This document shows, in pieces, positions 7,945 through 15,903 of a stretch of DNA of 64,000 nucleotides. A program made the position numbers and the translations under genes. Within the stretch, counting starts at the first letter, position 1, and each line of letters starts with the position of its first letter. The notes under the pieces were generated by a model. It saw only the letters and a program-made list of their open reading frames with translations. It was not told where the DNA came from and did not search any database. Where the stretch lies: assembly GCA_965651265.1 (NCBI GenBank), contig CBFGRV010000017.1, positions 358-64,357 of the forward strand, written 5' to 3'. Origin of the DNA: an uncultured Rhodothermales bacterium. GTDB lineage: Bacteria > Bacteroidota > Rhodothermia > Rhodothermales > VXPQ01.

Positions 7945-9183
7945 ATGCGCCTGATTGCCACCCTATCTCAGTTCCTGCACGATGTCCGCGCCCAGAAGCT
8001 CCGGACGACGCTGACCTTGCTTGGAATCACGTGGGGCACCGTGGCCGTCGTCGTTCTGCTTGCGTTCGGTTCAGGCCTCGAACGCCAGAACGTGAAGAAC
8101 ATGCATGGGATCGGTGATGGGATCGTGATCCTGTTCGGAGGCCGCACGACGCTGCCTTTCGACGGATTTCCGGACGGCCGAGGCATCAACCTCCGCCTCG
8201 AGGATGTGGCGATCCTGCGGCAGGAGATCTCCGACATCAAACAAATCAGTCCCGAATACCGAACTATGGGGGTGCCCGTACGCCGGGGCACGGCCATTAC
8301 GACGCCGGGGCTAACGGGCATCGATCCGGTCTACGGCGACATGCGCAACATCATTCCGGAGCCTGGTGGGCGATTCATCAACGATCTGGACGTGGCCGGC
8401 CGCCGCCGCGTTGTCGTGCTGGGCGACGAGATCAAGCAATTGCTCTTCGGGGACGACGAGGCCGTGGGCAAAACCGTGTTCGTAGGTGAGACACCCTTCA
8501 CCGTTGTCGGCATCATGCAACCGAAGACGCAGAATTCCTCCTACTTCACGCGAGACAAGGACCGCGTGTTCATGCCCTCCAGCACCTTTCGATCCGTTTT
8601 CGGGCACAAGTACCTGGGCAACATCATCTACCGCCCCACGGATGCAACGCGCAGTGAAGCCGTCCGACAGCAGGTGTACGAGACGCTTGGCCGCAAATAT
8701 CGATTCGATCCCGCCGATCGCGACGCCCTCGGTGTCTGGGACACGAACGAGGCCGACAAATTCATGGGGTACTTCTTCCTCGGCTTCAATCTGTTCATGG
8801 GGATCATCGGAAGCTTTACGATGACGGTCGGGGGCATCGGCGTGGCGAACATCATGTACGTGGTGGTGCGCGAGCGCACGCGCGAAATCGGCATCAAGCG
8901 GTCGGTTGGGGCGCGCCGGCGCGACGTGCTGTTCCAGTTCTTCCTAGAGTCCTTCCTCATCGTGGCCTCCGGAGCGCTCTTCGGGATGATGATCTCGGTC
9001 GGACTGATCGAGATGCTAGCCTACCTGCCTGACGGAGCGAAGGAGGTCGTCGGCCAGCCCACGCTCTCTCCCACGGTCCTGGTCACGACGATGAGCCTGC
9101 TTGCGGCCATCGCCTTTCTGGCCGGCTTCTTTCCCGCTCGCCGGGCGGCCCGGTTGGATCCCGTCGAATGCCTCCGATCGTGA
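7945..9183 (+). CDS. ABC transporter permease, FtsX/MacB type (permease only)
   Basis: TM1 LRAQKLRTTLTLLGITWGTVAVVVLLAFG, a large periplasmic MacB_PCD-like domain, and a C-terminal FtsX 3-TM bundle ending FPARRAARLDPVECLR. No Walker A/B or ABC signature motif. Confidence 0.85.
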   Translation: MRLIATLSQFLHDVRAQKLRTTLTLLGITWGTVAVVVLLAFGSGLERQNVKNMHGIGDGIVILFGGRTTLPFDGFPDGRGINLRLEDVAILRQEISDIKQISPEYRTMGVPVRRGTAITTPGLTGIDPVYGDMRNIIPEPGGRFINDLDVAGRRRVVVLGDEIKQLLFGDDEAVGKTVFVGETPFTVVGIMQPKTQNSSYFTRDKDRVFMPSSTFRSVFGHKYLGNIIYRPTDATRSEAVRQQVYETLGRKYRFDPADRDALGVWDTNEADKFMGYFFLGFNLFMGIIGSFTMTVGGIGVANIMYVVVRERTREIGIKRSVGARRRDVLFQFFLESFLIVASGALFGMMISVGLIEMLAYLPDGAKEVVGQPTLSPTVLVTTMSLLAAIAFLAGFFPARRAARLDPVECLRS

Positions 9184-9214
9184 GCCGGCCCCAAACTCAC
9201 CACCGAGATTTCCC

Positions 9215-10468
9215 ATGTGGATCATCCTCCTACAAGAATTCTGGAATGACCTGCGAGCGCAGAAGACGCGGGCGTTTCTGACGATGTTTGCCATCACGTG
9301 GGGGACGATCTCTGTCGTGCTGTTGCTGGCTTTCGGAGAGGGGCTTGGAAGGACCATGCGGGAGGGCTTCCTGGGGGCGGGGCAGCGCATCTTCATGATC
9401 TATGGAAACGAGACCAGCCAGCCTTACGAGGGCCTGCCGAAAGGCCGGCGAATCCGGCTCGCCGAGGAGGATCTGCAGCTGCTGCAGCGCTCCATCCCCG
9501 ACATCGACATGGCCGGGCTCTCCTACGGACGCTGGGGTGCGCAGCTTCGGGTCGATCGCATCAGGACGAATACGTACATGGAGGGCGTGAACCCCGCCTT
9601 CGAGGAGATGCGCACGCTCTACCCGGCACAAGGAGGACGTTTCCTGAACATGAACGATGTGGAGCAGCGGCGACGCGTCGTCTTCCTCGGAAATGAACTG
9701 GCAGAGCAGCTTTTCGGCTCGAGCGAACCTTCGGCGAGCGTGGGCAAGCAAGTGATGATAGACGGCCTTCCATTCACGGTCATCGGCGTGATGCAGGAGA
9801 AGCTCCAGACGAGCATGAACAACGGGCCGGATTCGCAGCGAGCCATCATCCCGTACTCGACCTTTCGAGCGATCTACGGACACCGCTACGTGAACCATCT
9901 GATCATTCGCCCGCGCGAGCTCAGCCAGGCGGTGGCCGTGAAGAACCAGATTTATGAAGTCCTCGGCCGTCGACACCAGTTCCATCCAACCGATGAGCGC
10001 GCCCTGGGGATCTGGGATTTCATCGAGCAGGAGAAGCAGATGGGGATGGTATTCAAGGGCATTCAGATCTTTCTCGGGGTGGTGGGCGGCCTTACGTTGC
10101 TGCTCGCGGGAGTGGGCGTGGCGAACATCATGTACGTGATCGTGCGGGAGCGAACGCAGGAGTTCGGAGTGAAGCTCGCCATGGGTGCGCGCAAGCATCA
10201 CATCAAGATTCAGGTCGTGTTTGAGGCCCTGATGATCGCGCTCACCGGAGGCGCGATCGGGCTCACGTTCTCGGCCGCCGTCGTGCTGGCCGTGGCCGGC
10301 ATCCCCAACAAGGAGGGGGCGGCCGAATTCCTGGCGAACCCGGTGCTTTCGATGCCCATCGCGCTCATCACAGTGGGCGTCCTGACCCTCATCGGGCTCA
10401 CGGCCGGCTATTTTCCGGCGCGAAAGGCTGCTCGCCTCGATCCGGTGGAGTCACTGCGTTTCGAGTGA
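9215..10468 (+). CDS. ABC transporter permease, FtsX/MacB type (paralog of the preceding gene)
   Basis: Same architecture as the preceding gene. It begins MWIILLQEFWNDLRAQKTRAFLTMFAITWGT and ends FPARKAARLDPVESLR. ATG at 9215 was chosen over the longer ORF start at 9101, which would overlap the preceding gene. Confidence 0.85.
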   Translation: MWIILLQEFWNDLRAQKTRAFLTMFAITWGTISVVLLLAFGEGLGRTMREGFLGAGQRIFMIYGNETSQPYEGLPKGRRIRLAEEDLQLLQRSIPDIDMAGLSYGRWGAQLRVDRIRTNTYMEGVNPAFEEMRTLYPAQGGRFLNMNDVEQRRRVVFLGNELAEQLFGSSEPSASVGKQVMIDGLPFTVIGVMQEKLQTSMNNGPDSQRAIIPYSTFRAIYGHRYVNHLIIRPRELSQAVAVKNQIYEVLGRRHQFHPTDERALGIWDFIEQEKQMGMVFKGIQIFLGVVGGLTLLLAGVGVANIMYVIVRERTQEFGVKLAMGARKHHIKIQVVFEALMIALTGGAIGLTFSAAVVLAVAGIPNKEGAAEFLANPVLSMPIALITVGVLTLIGLTAGYFPARKAARLDPVESLRFE

Positions 10469-11695
10469 CGGCTGCACTCGTGGGGTATCTTCGGCGATGC
10501 GCGACGCCACGAGTGCGCCGACGACCCCCGATGTGAAGATGAGGCCCTCGAGCCCCCCAAGGATCACCTGGGTGGTCTCGCCGAAGCGTACTTCCCCGAA
10601 ATAGCGGCTGATGGAGTCGAGTTGGAGGCGCGATTCGGAGAACGAGCGGGCTAGCAAATCGAGGCTTCCTCCGAGCAGGTGCCCGCCCGTGACGGTGATC
10701 AGCACGCCAATAGCGGCGCCTGTGCCTGCCGCCACAAGAACGGGGCGCCACCACTTCCGGGTGTCAATCCCGCCCCCAAGGTGAGTAGCGAGGCCGACCG
10801 CCAGTCCAAGGGCGGCGCCCTCCATCCCTCCCGTGATGCCTGCCGGCGTCCGCCCGAAGAGCAGGTTGAATGCATCGATGCCCAGCAGCTTCACGCTGCC
10901 GCCGATGAGCATCCCCCCGAGCGCGGCCCCAACGATGCGCCAGGCCGATCGACGGCCGGCGGCGTATTCGGCCGCAGCCATACCCGCGCCGATCCCGAAC
11001 GCGCCCACCGTGCCCAGGAAGCCTGTCAGGCTGATCATGACGAGCAGAACCGACGCGGTGCCTAGCTCCTGATTGATGGGGGAGTACGCGAGCCCGATTC
11101 CGTAGAGCAGACCGCCCAGGACGCCGGAGGCAGCCCCTCCCAGAGTGGATGCGACGGCCGTCGTGAGGGCCCGCGAAAGCGGGGATTCTCTTCCGCCCAG
11201 GGATGATGCCGCCACGAATTCGCTGCCGCGTCTTTCAACCACGGCCGGCCGATCACCCGAGATAGCCACCTCCGACTCCGTTCGATCTGCCGCCACGGCT
11301 GCAGGCGCCGCGTCGACCGACGAAGGCGTGGGATTCCTGTCGATCGCCTGGACGGACACATCCGCGATGAACCGGTAGCCGTGCCGCGGGACGGTCTGGA
11401 TGTACCGGGGATTCGAGGCGTCGTCACCCAGCTGCCGTCGGATCTCTTTGATGCACTGTGTTAGAGCGCTGTCGCTGACCACTACATCATCCCACACTTC
11501 TTCGAAGAGCCGATCCTTCCCCACGAGGCGTCCGCGCTCCCGAACAAGGAGGGCGAGCGCGTCGAAATATCGGGCATTCAGTTCGATTCGTTCTCCATCC
11601 GACGTGAGCTCACGATTTGCCACATCCAGCGTGAACTCGCCGAAGCGGTACACCTGCGACTTGCTCTCGATGTCGGGTTTATCCACGTTGCTCAC
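10451..11695 (-). CDS. ToxR/CadC-like membrane-bound transcriptional regulator: N-terminal OmpR/PhoB-type winged helix plus Gly-rich polytopic C-terminal domain
   Basis: The N-terminus YRFGEFTLDVANRELTSDGERIELNARYFDALALLVRERGRLVGKDRLFEEVW...RYIQTVPRHGYRFIA is a classic trans_reg_C domain with no receiver domain. The C-terminal ~250 aa are Gly/Ala-rich hydrophobic segments (GGAASGVLGGLLYGIGLA, GAFGIGAGMAAA, GAALGGMLIGG, GAALGLAVGLATHLGGG). Confidence 0.8.
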   Translation of the reverse strand: MSNVDKPDIESKSQVYRFGEFTLDVANRELTSDGERIELNARYFDALALLVRERGRLVGKDRLFEEVWDDVVVSDSALTQCIKEIRRQLGDDASNPRYIQTVPRHGYRFIADVSVQAIDRNPTPSSVDAAPAAVAADRTESEVAISGDRPAVVERRGSEFVAASSLGGRESPLSRALTTAVASTLGGAASGVLGGLLYGIGLAYSPINQELGTASVLLVMISLTGFLGTVGAFGIGAGMAAAEYAAGRRSAWRIVGAALGGMLIGGSVKLLGIDAFNLLFGRTPAGITGGMEGAALGLAVGLATHLGGGIDTRKWWRPVLVAAGTGAAIGVLITVTGGHLLGGSLDLLARSFSESRLQLDSISRYFGEVRFGETTQVILGGLEGLIFTSGVVGALVASRIAEDTPRVQPSLETQ

Positions 11696-11830
11696 GAAAT
11701 GCTCAGATGGGGCTCATGCCGCTCACAGGCTCAATACTCATTCTACGGGCCAATGATTGGGCGCGCAACGCATGGCGTAGCGGCACCCGTGTGTACGAAC
11801 AAAAATCCGAGAGTACTCACTCGATCAAAT

Positions 11831-13168
11831 ATGACGAACGACATCGCGGTGCTACAGGACGAGATTCGCGCCATGAGCGACGACCCTGCCGGCCTGGAAG
11901 ACCTCTACAGAAAGGCGCAGGCCGAAGGAAGCGAGGCTGCGTTCAGGGAAGCCCTCCGTCAATGCGAGGAAAAAGACCCCAACAATGTTCTCCTTCACGC
12001 ATGGGTCCATCGATTGGGCCTGGAGCTTGAAAGAGGCGTTGCCGGTCAGACACGCAAACGGCATTGGGGGGTGATCATCGCGGCAAGCATCGTGCTCGGC
12101 GTCTTCTCTGCCTTGCTGGCGAACGGCGAGCCGCCGGTTCATGATCCGAAGGAGACCAGCGACCAGTTCTGGGTCTGGTGGGGGCCGCTCATTGCCGTCG
12201 GGCTGCTCGCCTACCTGGCATGGGCCGAGAAGACGAAGCGGGGACTGGCGCGTTACGGTGCGGCCGCCCTCACTATCGTTTTGGTCGCCCTCTACGTATG
12301 GTTTACGATCGGCGACAGAGAAGACGATGTCGCCGTGCTGGGACTCATCCACCTGCCCTTCGTGTCGTGGGCGGCGGTTGGGGCGGCGCTCTGCATCGGC
12401 TACTCGAATCCGGCGCGCCAATCTTTTGCCTACCTCGTCAAATCGGTCGAGGCCGTGCTGACCGGTGGAATCTTCTTCGGGGCCGGGCTGATCTTCGTGG
12501 GCCTGACGTACGGCATCTTCGCGGCAATCGGTATCCAGTTGCCGGAGGAGGATCTCGTCGTGGTGGCCGGCTGGGGAGTAGGGGCCATACCGCTTCTGGC
12601 CATCGGGAGCGTGTACGATGCGACGACATCGCCTACCGCGCAAGATTGGCACACAGGGCTGACGCGAACGCTCCGCATCCTCGCGCGCCTCCTTCTCCCG
12701 CTCGCTCTCGGCGTGCTGCTCGTCTACGTGCTGTGGTTCATCCCCGTCTACTTCCGGAAGGGATTCGAGGAGCGCGAAGTGCTATTCGTGTACAACGTCA
12801 CGATTCTTGCCATCATGATCTTGCTCGCGGTGGTCGTATCCGGACCCGCCGACGGGGCCGCCGCACGCCGGGGATCGCTGTTCCAGTATGCCGTGTTTGC
12901 GCTCGGCGGACTGACCATCATTCTAAATCTATATGCGCTCGTCGCGATACTCAGCCGAACGTTCGATGCCGGACTGACGCCCAATCGGTTCGCGGTGATC
13001 GGATGGAATGTTGCGACCCTCCTGATTCTGGTTGGTTCGGCCGTTCGTATCTGGCGGGTGCGCCGCCGGCTGTGGCTGGAAGTTTTGCGCGAATCGTTGG
13101 GCATGCTGGCTCCGCTGGCCGCTGTCTGGGGGATGCTGCTGTTGGTTGCGCTGCCGTTCCTCGGCTGA
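11831..13168 (+). CDS. Polytopic membrane protein with soluble helical N-terminal domain (DUF4153-like)
   Basis: ATG at 11831 gives MTNDIAVLQDEIRAMSDDPAGLEDLYRKAQAEG..., followed by 10 or more hydrophobic helices. The DUF4153 assignment is from memory of the family's appearance and has not been searched. Confidence 0.6.
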   Translation: MTNDIAVLQDEIRAMSDDPAGLEDLYRKAQAEGSEAAFREALRQCEEKDPNNVLLHAWVHRLGLELERGVAGQTRKRHWGVIIAASIVLGVFSALLANGEPPVHDPKETSDQFWVWWGPLIAVGLLAYLAWAEKTKRGLARYGAAALTIVLVALYVWFTIGDREDDVAVLGLIHLPFVSWAAVGAALCIGYSNPARQSFAYLVKSVEAVLTGGIFFGAGLIFVGLTYGIFAAIGIQLPEEDLVVVAGWGVGAIPLLAIGSVYDATTSPTAQDWHTGLTRTLRILARLLLPLALGVLLVYVLWFIPVYFRKGFEEREVLFVYNVTILAIMILLAVVVSGPADGAAARRGSLFQYAVFALGGLTIILNLYALVAILSRTFDAGLTPNRFAVIGWNVATLLILVGSAVRIWRVRRRLWLEVLRESLGMLAPLAAVWGMLLLVALPFLG

Positions 13169-13356
13169 GGTCATGGATCTCCGGGGTGCATATGCCAAGC
13201 TGTGCGAATGGGCACGGTACGCGCGGTTCATCGTTTTGTGGAGCGTCGCAACCGTCATATTTCAGTCATTTTCGCGATCTCGTCATCGCAAGGGACCACC
13301 GTACGCCCTGTGAATCCCTATCTTGCGGCCTTCGCTCACTGTAGTCGGTATAGCCA

Positions 13357-14253
13357 ATGCTCCGCGGATTATTCATTGCGTCGTGCATCACCATTTCTCT
13401 GCTCGGTCATCCGGCCGATGCTCAGGAATTGGAGGATCTGACGCGGGCTTACACACCCGAAGAGTGTTCGAGCTGCGAGGAATGGGATGTCCGGCAGGAG
13501 CCGTTCAGGATCTACGGCAACAGCTACTACGTCGGTACGCATGGTCTGAGTGCCATCCTGATCACATCGCTCGAGGGCCACGTGCTCATCGATGCGGGGC
13601 TGCCGAGCTCCGCTCCTCTAATTCTGGACAACATCCGCGCGGTGGGCTTCGACCCGGGGGATATCGAGCTCATCCTGAACTCTCACGCGCATTTCGATCA
13701 TGCAGGGGGGATCGCAGCTATCCGAAGCGTCTCGGGTGCGCGGGTGATGGCGAGCCCGGCCAGTGCCGAAGTCCTCGAGCGCGGAACGTCGGGACCGGAA
13801 GATCCGCAGTTCGGCCTGCTTCTGGATTATCCGCCGGTTGGTGATGTAGAGCGCTTCACGCCGGGTGATACGCTGCGCCTGGGCGACATCGAGCTTGCAT
13901 CGCATCCCACGGCGGGACACACGCCCGGCGGTACGAGCTGGTCGTGGCGGTCGTGTGAAGAGGATGGATGCATGCACATCGTCTATGCGGACAGCCAGAC
14001 ACCGGTCTCTGCGGACTATTTTCTATTCACATCCAACGATACATATCCGTCGGCCCTGGCGGATTTTGCTCGGGGAGCCGACATACTGGAGCGCCTGCCC
14101 TGCGATATCCTGATTACCACACATCCAGGTGCGTCGTCGCTCTGGGTTGAGGGCGGCCCGGCCGGCCTCATCGATTCGGGTGCGTGTCGAGACTATGCGC
14201 AGCGTGCTCGCCAAGCCGTAGCCGAGCGTGTGAAGAGGGAGACATCCAAATAG
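13357..14253 (+). CDS. Subclass B3 metallo-beta-lactamase-like hydrolase, secreted
   Basis: Signal peptide MLRGLFIASCITISLLGHPADA. B3-type metal motif NSHAHFDHAGG (HxHxDH), then HPTAGHTPGG (His196 equivalent) and ITTHPG (His263 equivalent). A C-terminal Cys pair (LPCD...GACRDY) resembles that of L1-type enzymes. Confidence 0.8.
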   Translation: MLRGLFIASCITISLLGHPADAQELEDLTRAYTPEECSSCEEWDVRQEPFRIYGNSYYVGTHGLSAILITSLEGHVLIDAGLPSSAPLILDNIRAVGFDPGDIELILNSHAHFDHAGGIAAIRSVSGARVMASPASAEVLERGTSGPEDPQFGLLLDYPPVGDVERFTPGDTLRLGDIELASHPTAGHTPGGTSWSWRSCEEDGCMHIVYADSQTPVSADYFLFTSNDTYPSALADFARGADILERLPCDILITTHPGASSLWVEGGPAGLIDSGACRDYAQRARQAVAERVKRETSK

Positions 14254-14404
14254 ACGGATGATGCCGGTGTCATTCGCGATCAGCTGAGTTCACCGATGCG
14301 GCCGGAGCTTCAAGCCATCGGACTCGGGCGGGGGAAGTGCCCCGTGCTGCTAACGAGGAATTTTTATATTGGGCCCCTGGCCAACCCAATGTTCTCCTCG
14401 TGGC

Positions 14405-14989
14405 ATGCCTGGCAACGTCACAGCACTTCTTCTCCAACTTCGGGAGGGTGACCCTGGAGTTATAGACGAGCTGTTTCCCATCGTCTATGATGAGCTTCGC
14501 TCCATCGCGCATCGTCTGCTGCACCGGGAGCGTTCCGGGCACACCTTCTCGACTACCGCCCTGGTGCACGAGGCCTATCTGCGCCTCGTGGACCATCCGA
14601 TGGCCAAGTGGGAGGATCGCGCCCATTTTTGTGCCGTCGCCGCGCGAGCCATGCGACAGATTTTGGTGGATTACGCGCGCCGCCGCCAGGCTTTGAAGCG
14701 TGGAGGTGCTGTTCAACCGCTTCCGCTCGACGAGAGCCGCCTCATGATCGAGGAGCATGCCGCACTTGTCGTCTCGCTCGATGAGGCTCTCGACCGCCTG
14801 ACTCAGTTGAACGAGCGCGTCGGGCGCGTTGTGGAGCTACGCTTTTTCGGAGGGCTAACCGAGGAGGAAGCCGCCGAGGTATTGGGCGTCTCCACACGCA
14901 CGGTTCGCAGGGACTGGTCGAAGGCGAAGGTCTGGCTTTACAAGGAGCTTTATCCAGACGAGGCAGACCCCGCGCCCGACGAACCCTAG
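14405..14989 (+). CDS. ECF sigma factor, PF07638/TIGR02999-like (ECF43-like, kinase-associated type)
   Basis: VTALLLQLREGDPGVIDELFPIVYDELRSIAHRLL...TTALVHEAYLRLV, and a region 4 HTH EEAAEVLGVSTRTVRRDWSKAKVWLYKEL. ATG at 14405 chosen. Confidence 0.85.
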   Translation: MPGNVTALLLQLREGDPGVIDELFPIVYDELRSIAHRLLHRERSGHTFSTTALVHEAYLRLVDHPMAKWEDRAHFCAVAARAMRQILVDYARRRQALKRGGAVQPLPLDESRLMIEEHAALVVSLDEALDRLTQLNERVGRVVELRFFGGLTEEEAAEVLGVSTRTVRRDWSKAKVWLYKELYPDEADPAPDEP

Positions 14990-15651
14990 GGCAGCATCGA
15001 GACGCCGCACGAGAAGTCGAGGTCGATCTCCGCGACGAGATCCACGCTGAGCCCCTCGTCATTCACGAGCCTCGTTCCCCTCAGCGTAGCCCTGAATCGC
15101 CGGTCGTCGCTCGTCGCCCGGTGCTCGACGATGTCGATGGTGCCGACACCCGTGAATCGATTGGGGAGGCGAAACGCCTGTCCGCCGACGCTGCGCTCGA
15201 GAATGCCATGGTCCCAGGTGATCTCCTCGACGTCGAAGGTGCCCGTTAGTCCGGTTCCCACGATTTCGGTGGTGGTAAATGCCGTATTCGTCCACGGCTG
15301 GTTCGGGAGTGCCCAATTACCCTGATGAAAACTCATGCTGATCGGCGAGCTACCCGTGCATCCTCCACCGATCGACGTACCCTGAGCCTGTAGCGAAAAG
15401 GTGGTATCCACGTCCCCCGACACTGCTACACGAAGTGAATTGAGCCAACTATGTCCGCTCGACGGCCCACCATCGGATGCATCGGGCGAGCGCTCTTCGA
15501 CCATCTGCGGACCTTCCAGGCGTGACCGCTCCACATTTTCCCCGCATCCCGATAGCGAAGTGGCCAACGCGCCGACGATAAAGATCCCTACAATGGGATT
15601 TCTCGAATAGATTTTGATGTGAACTGAAATGGGTGAGCGACGGCCAGCCAT
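14986..15651 (-). CDS. Lipoprotein, unknown function
   Basis: 221-aa ORF with lipobox IVGALATSLSGC. Gly/Thr-rich and probably beta-rich. It is convergent with the ECF sigma gene and overlaps its end by 4 nt. Confidence 0.5.
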   Translation of the reverse strand: MAGRRSPISVHIKIYSRNPIVGIFIVGALATSLSGCGENVERSRLEGPQMVEERSPDASDGGPSSGHSWLNSLRVAVSGDVDTTFSLQAQGTSIGGGCTGSSPISMSFHQGNWALPNQPWTNTAFTTTEIVGTGLTGTFDVEEITWDHGILERSVGGQAFRLPNRFTGVGTIDIVEHRATSDDRRFRATLRGTRLVNDEGLSVDLVAEIDLDFSCGVSMLP

Positions 15652-15903
15652 GGAGCGAGTGTGGATGAAAGGGATGGGTGCTATCCACAGATAGATGCGA
15701 ATTCAATAGGTAGAGGAGGACAGGAAGACCGCTCATTCTGATTGAGATGTGCCAGATGGGGGTGTGGTGGGGAGACTGCAAAAAGGTCGGCGCCGAACAC
15801 GCATGTCCGCATACTCCAAGTTTCCACGCATTTATTACAGGTCGTGCATTAATTGAAAAGCTTGGACGTCCGCTGCATCAGAGGGTACAGTGTGCCATCC
15901 CGG

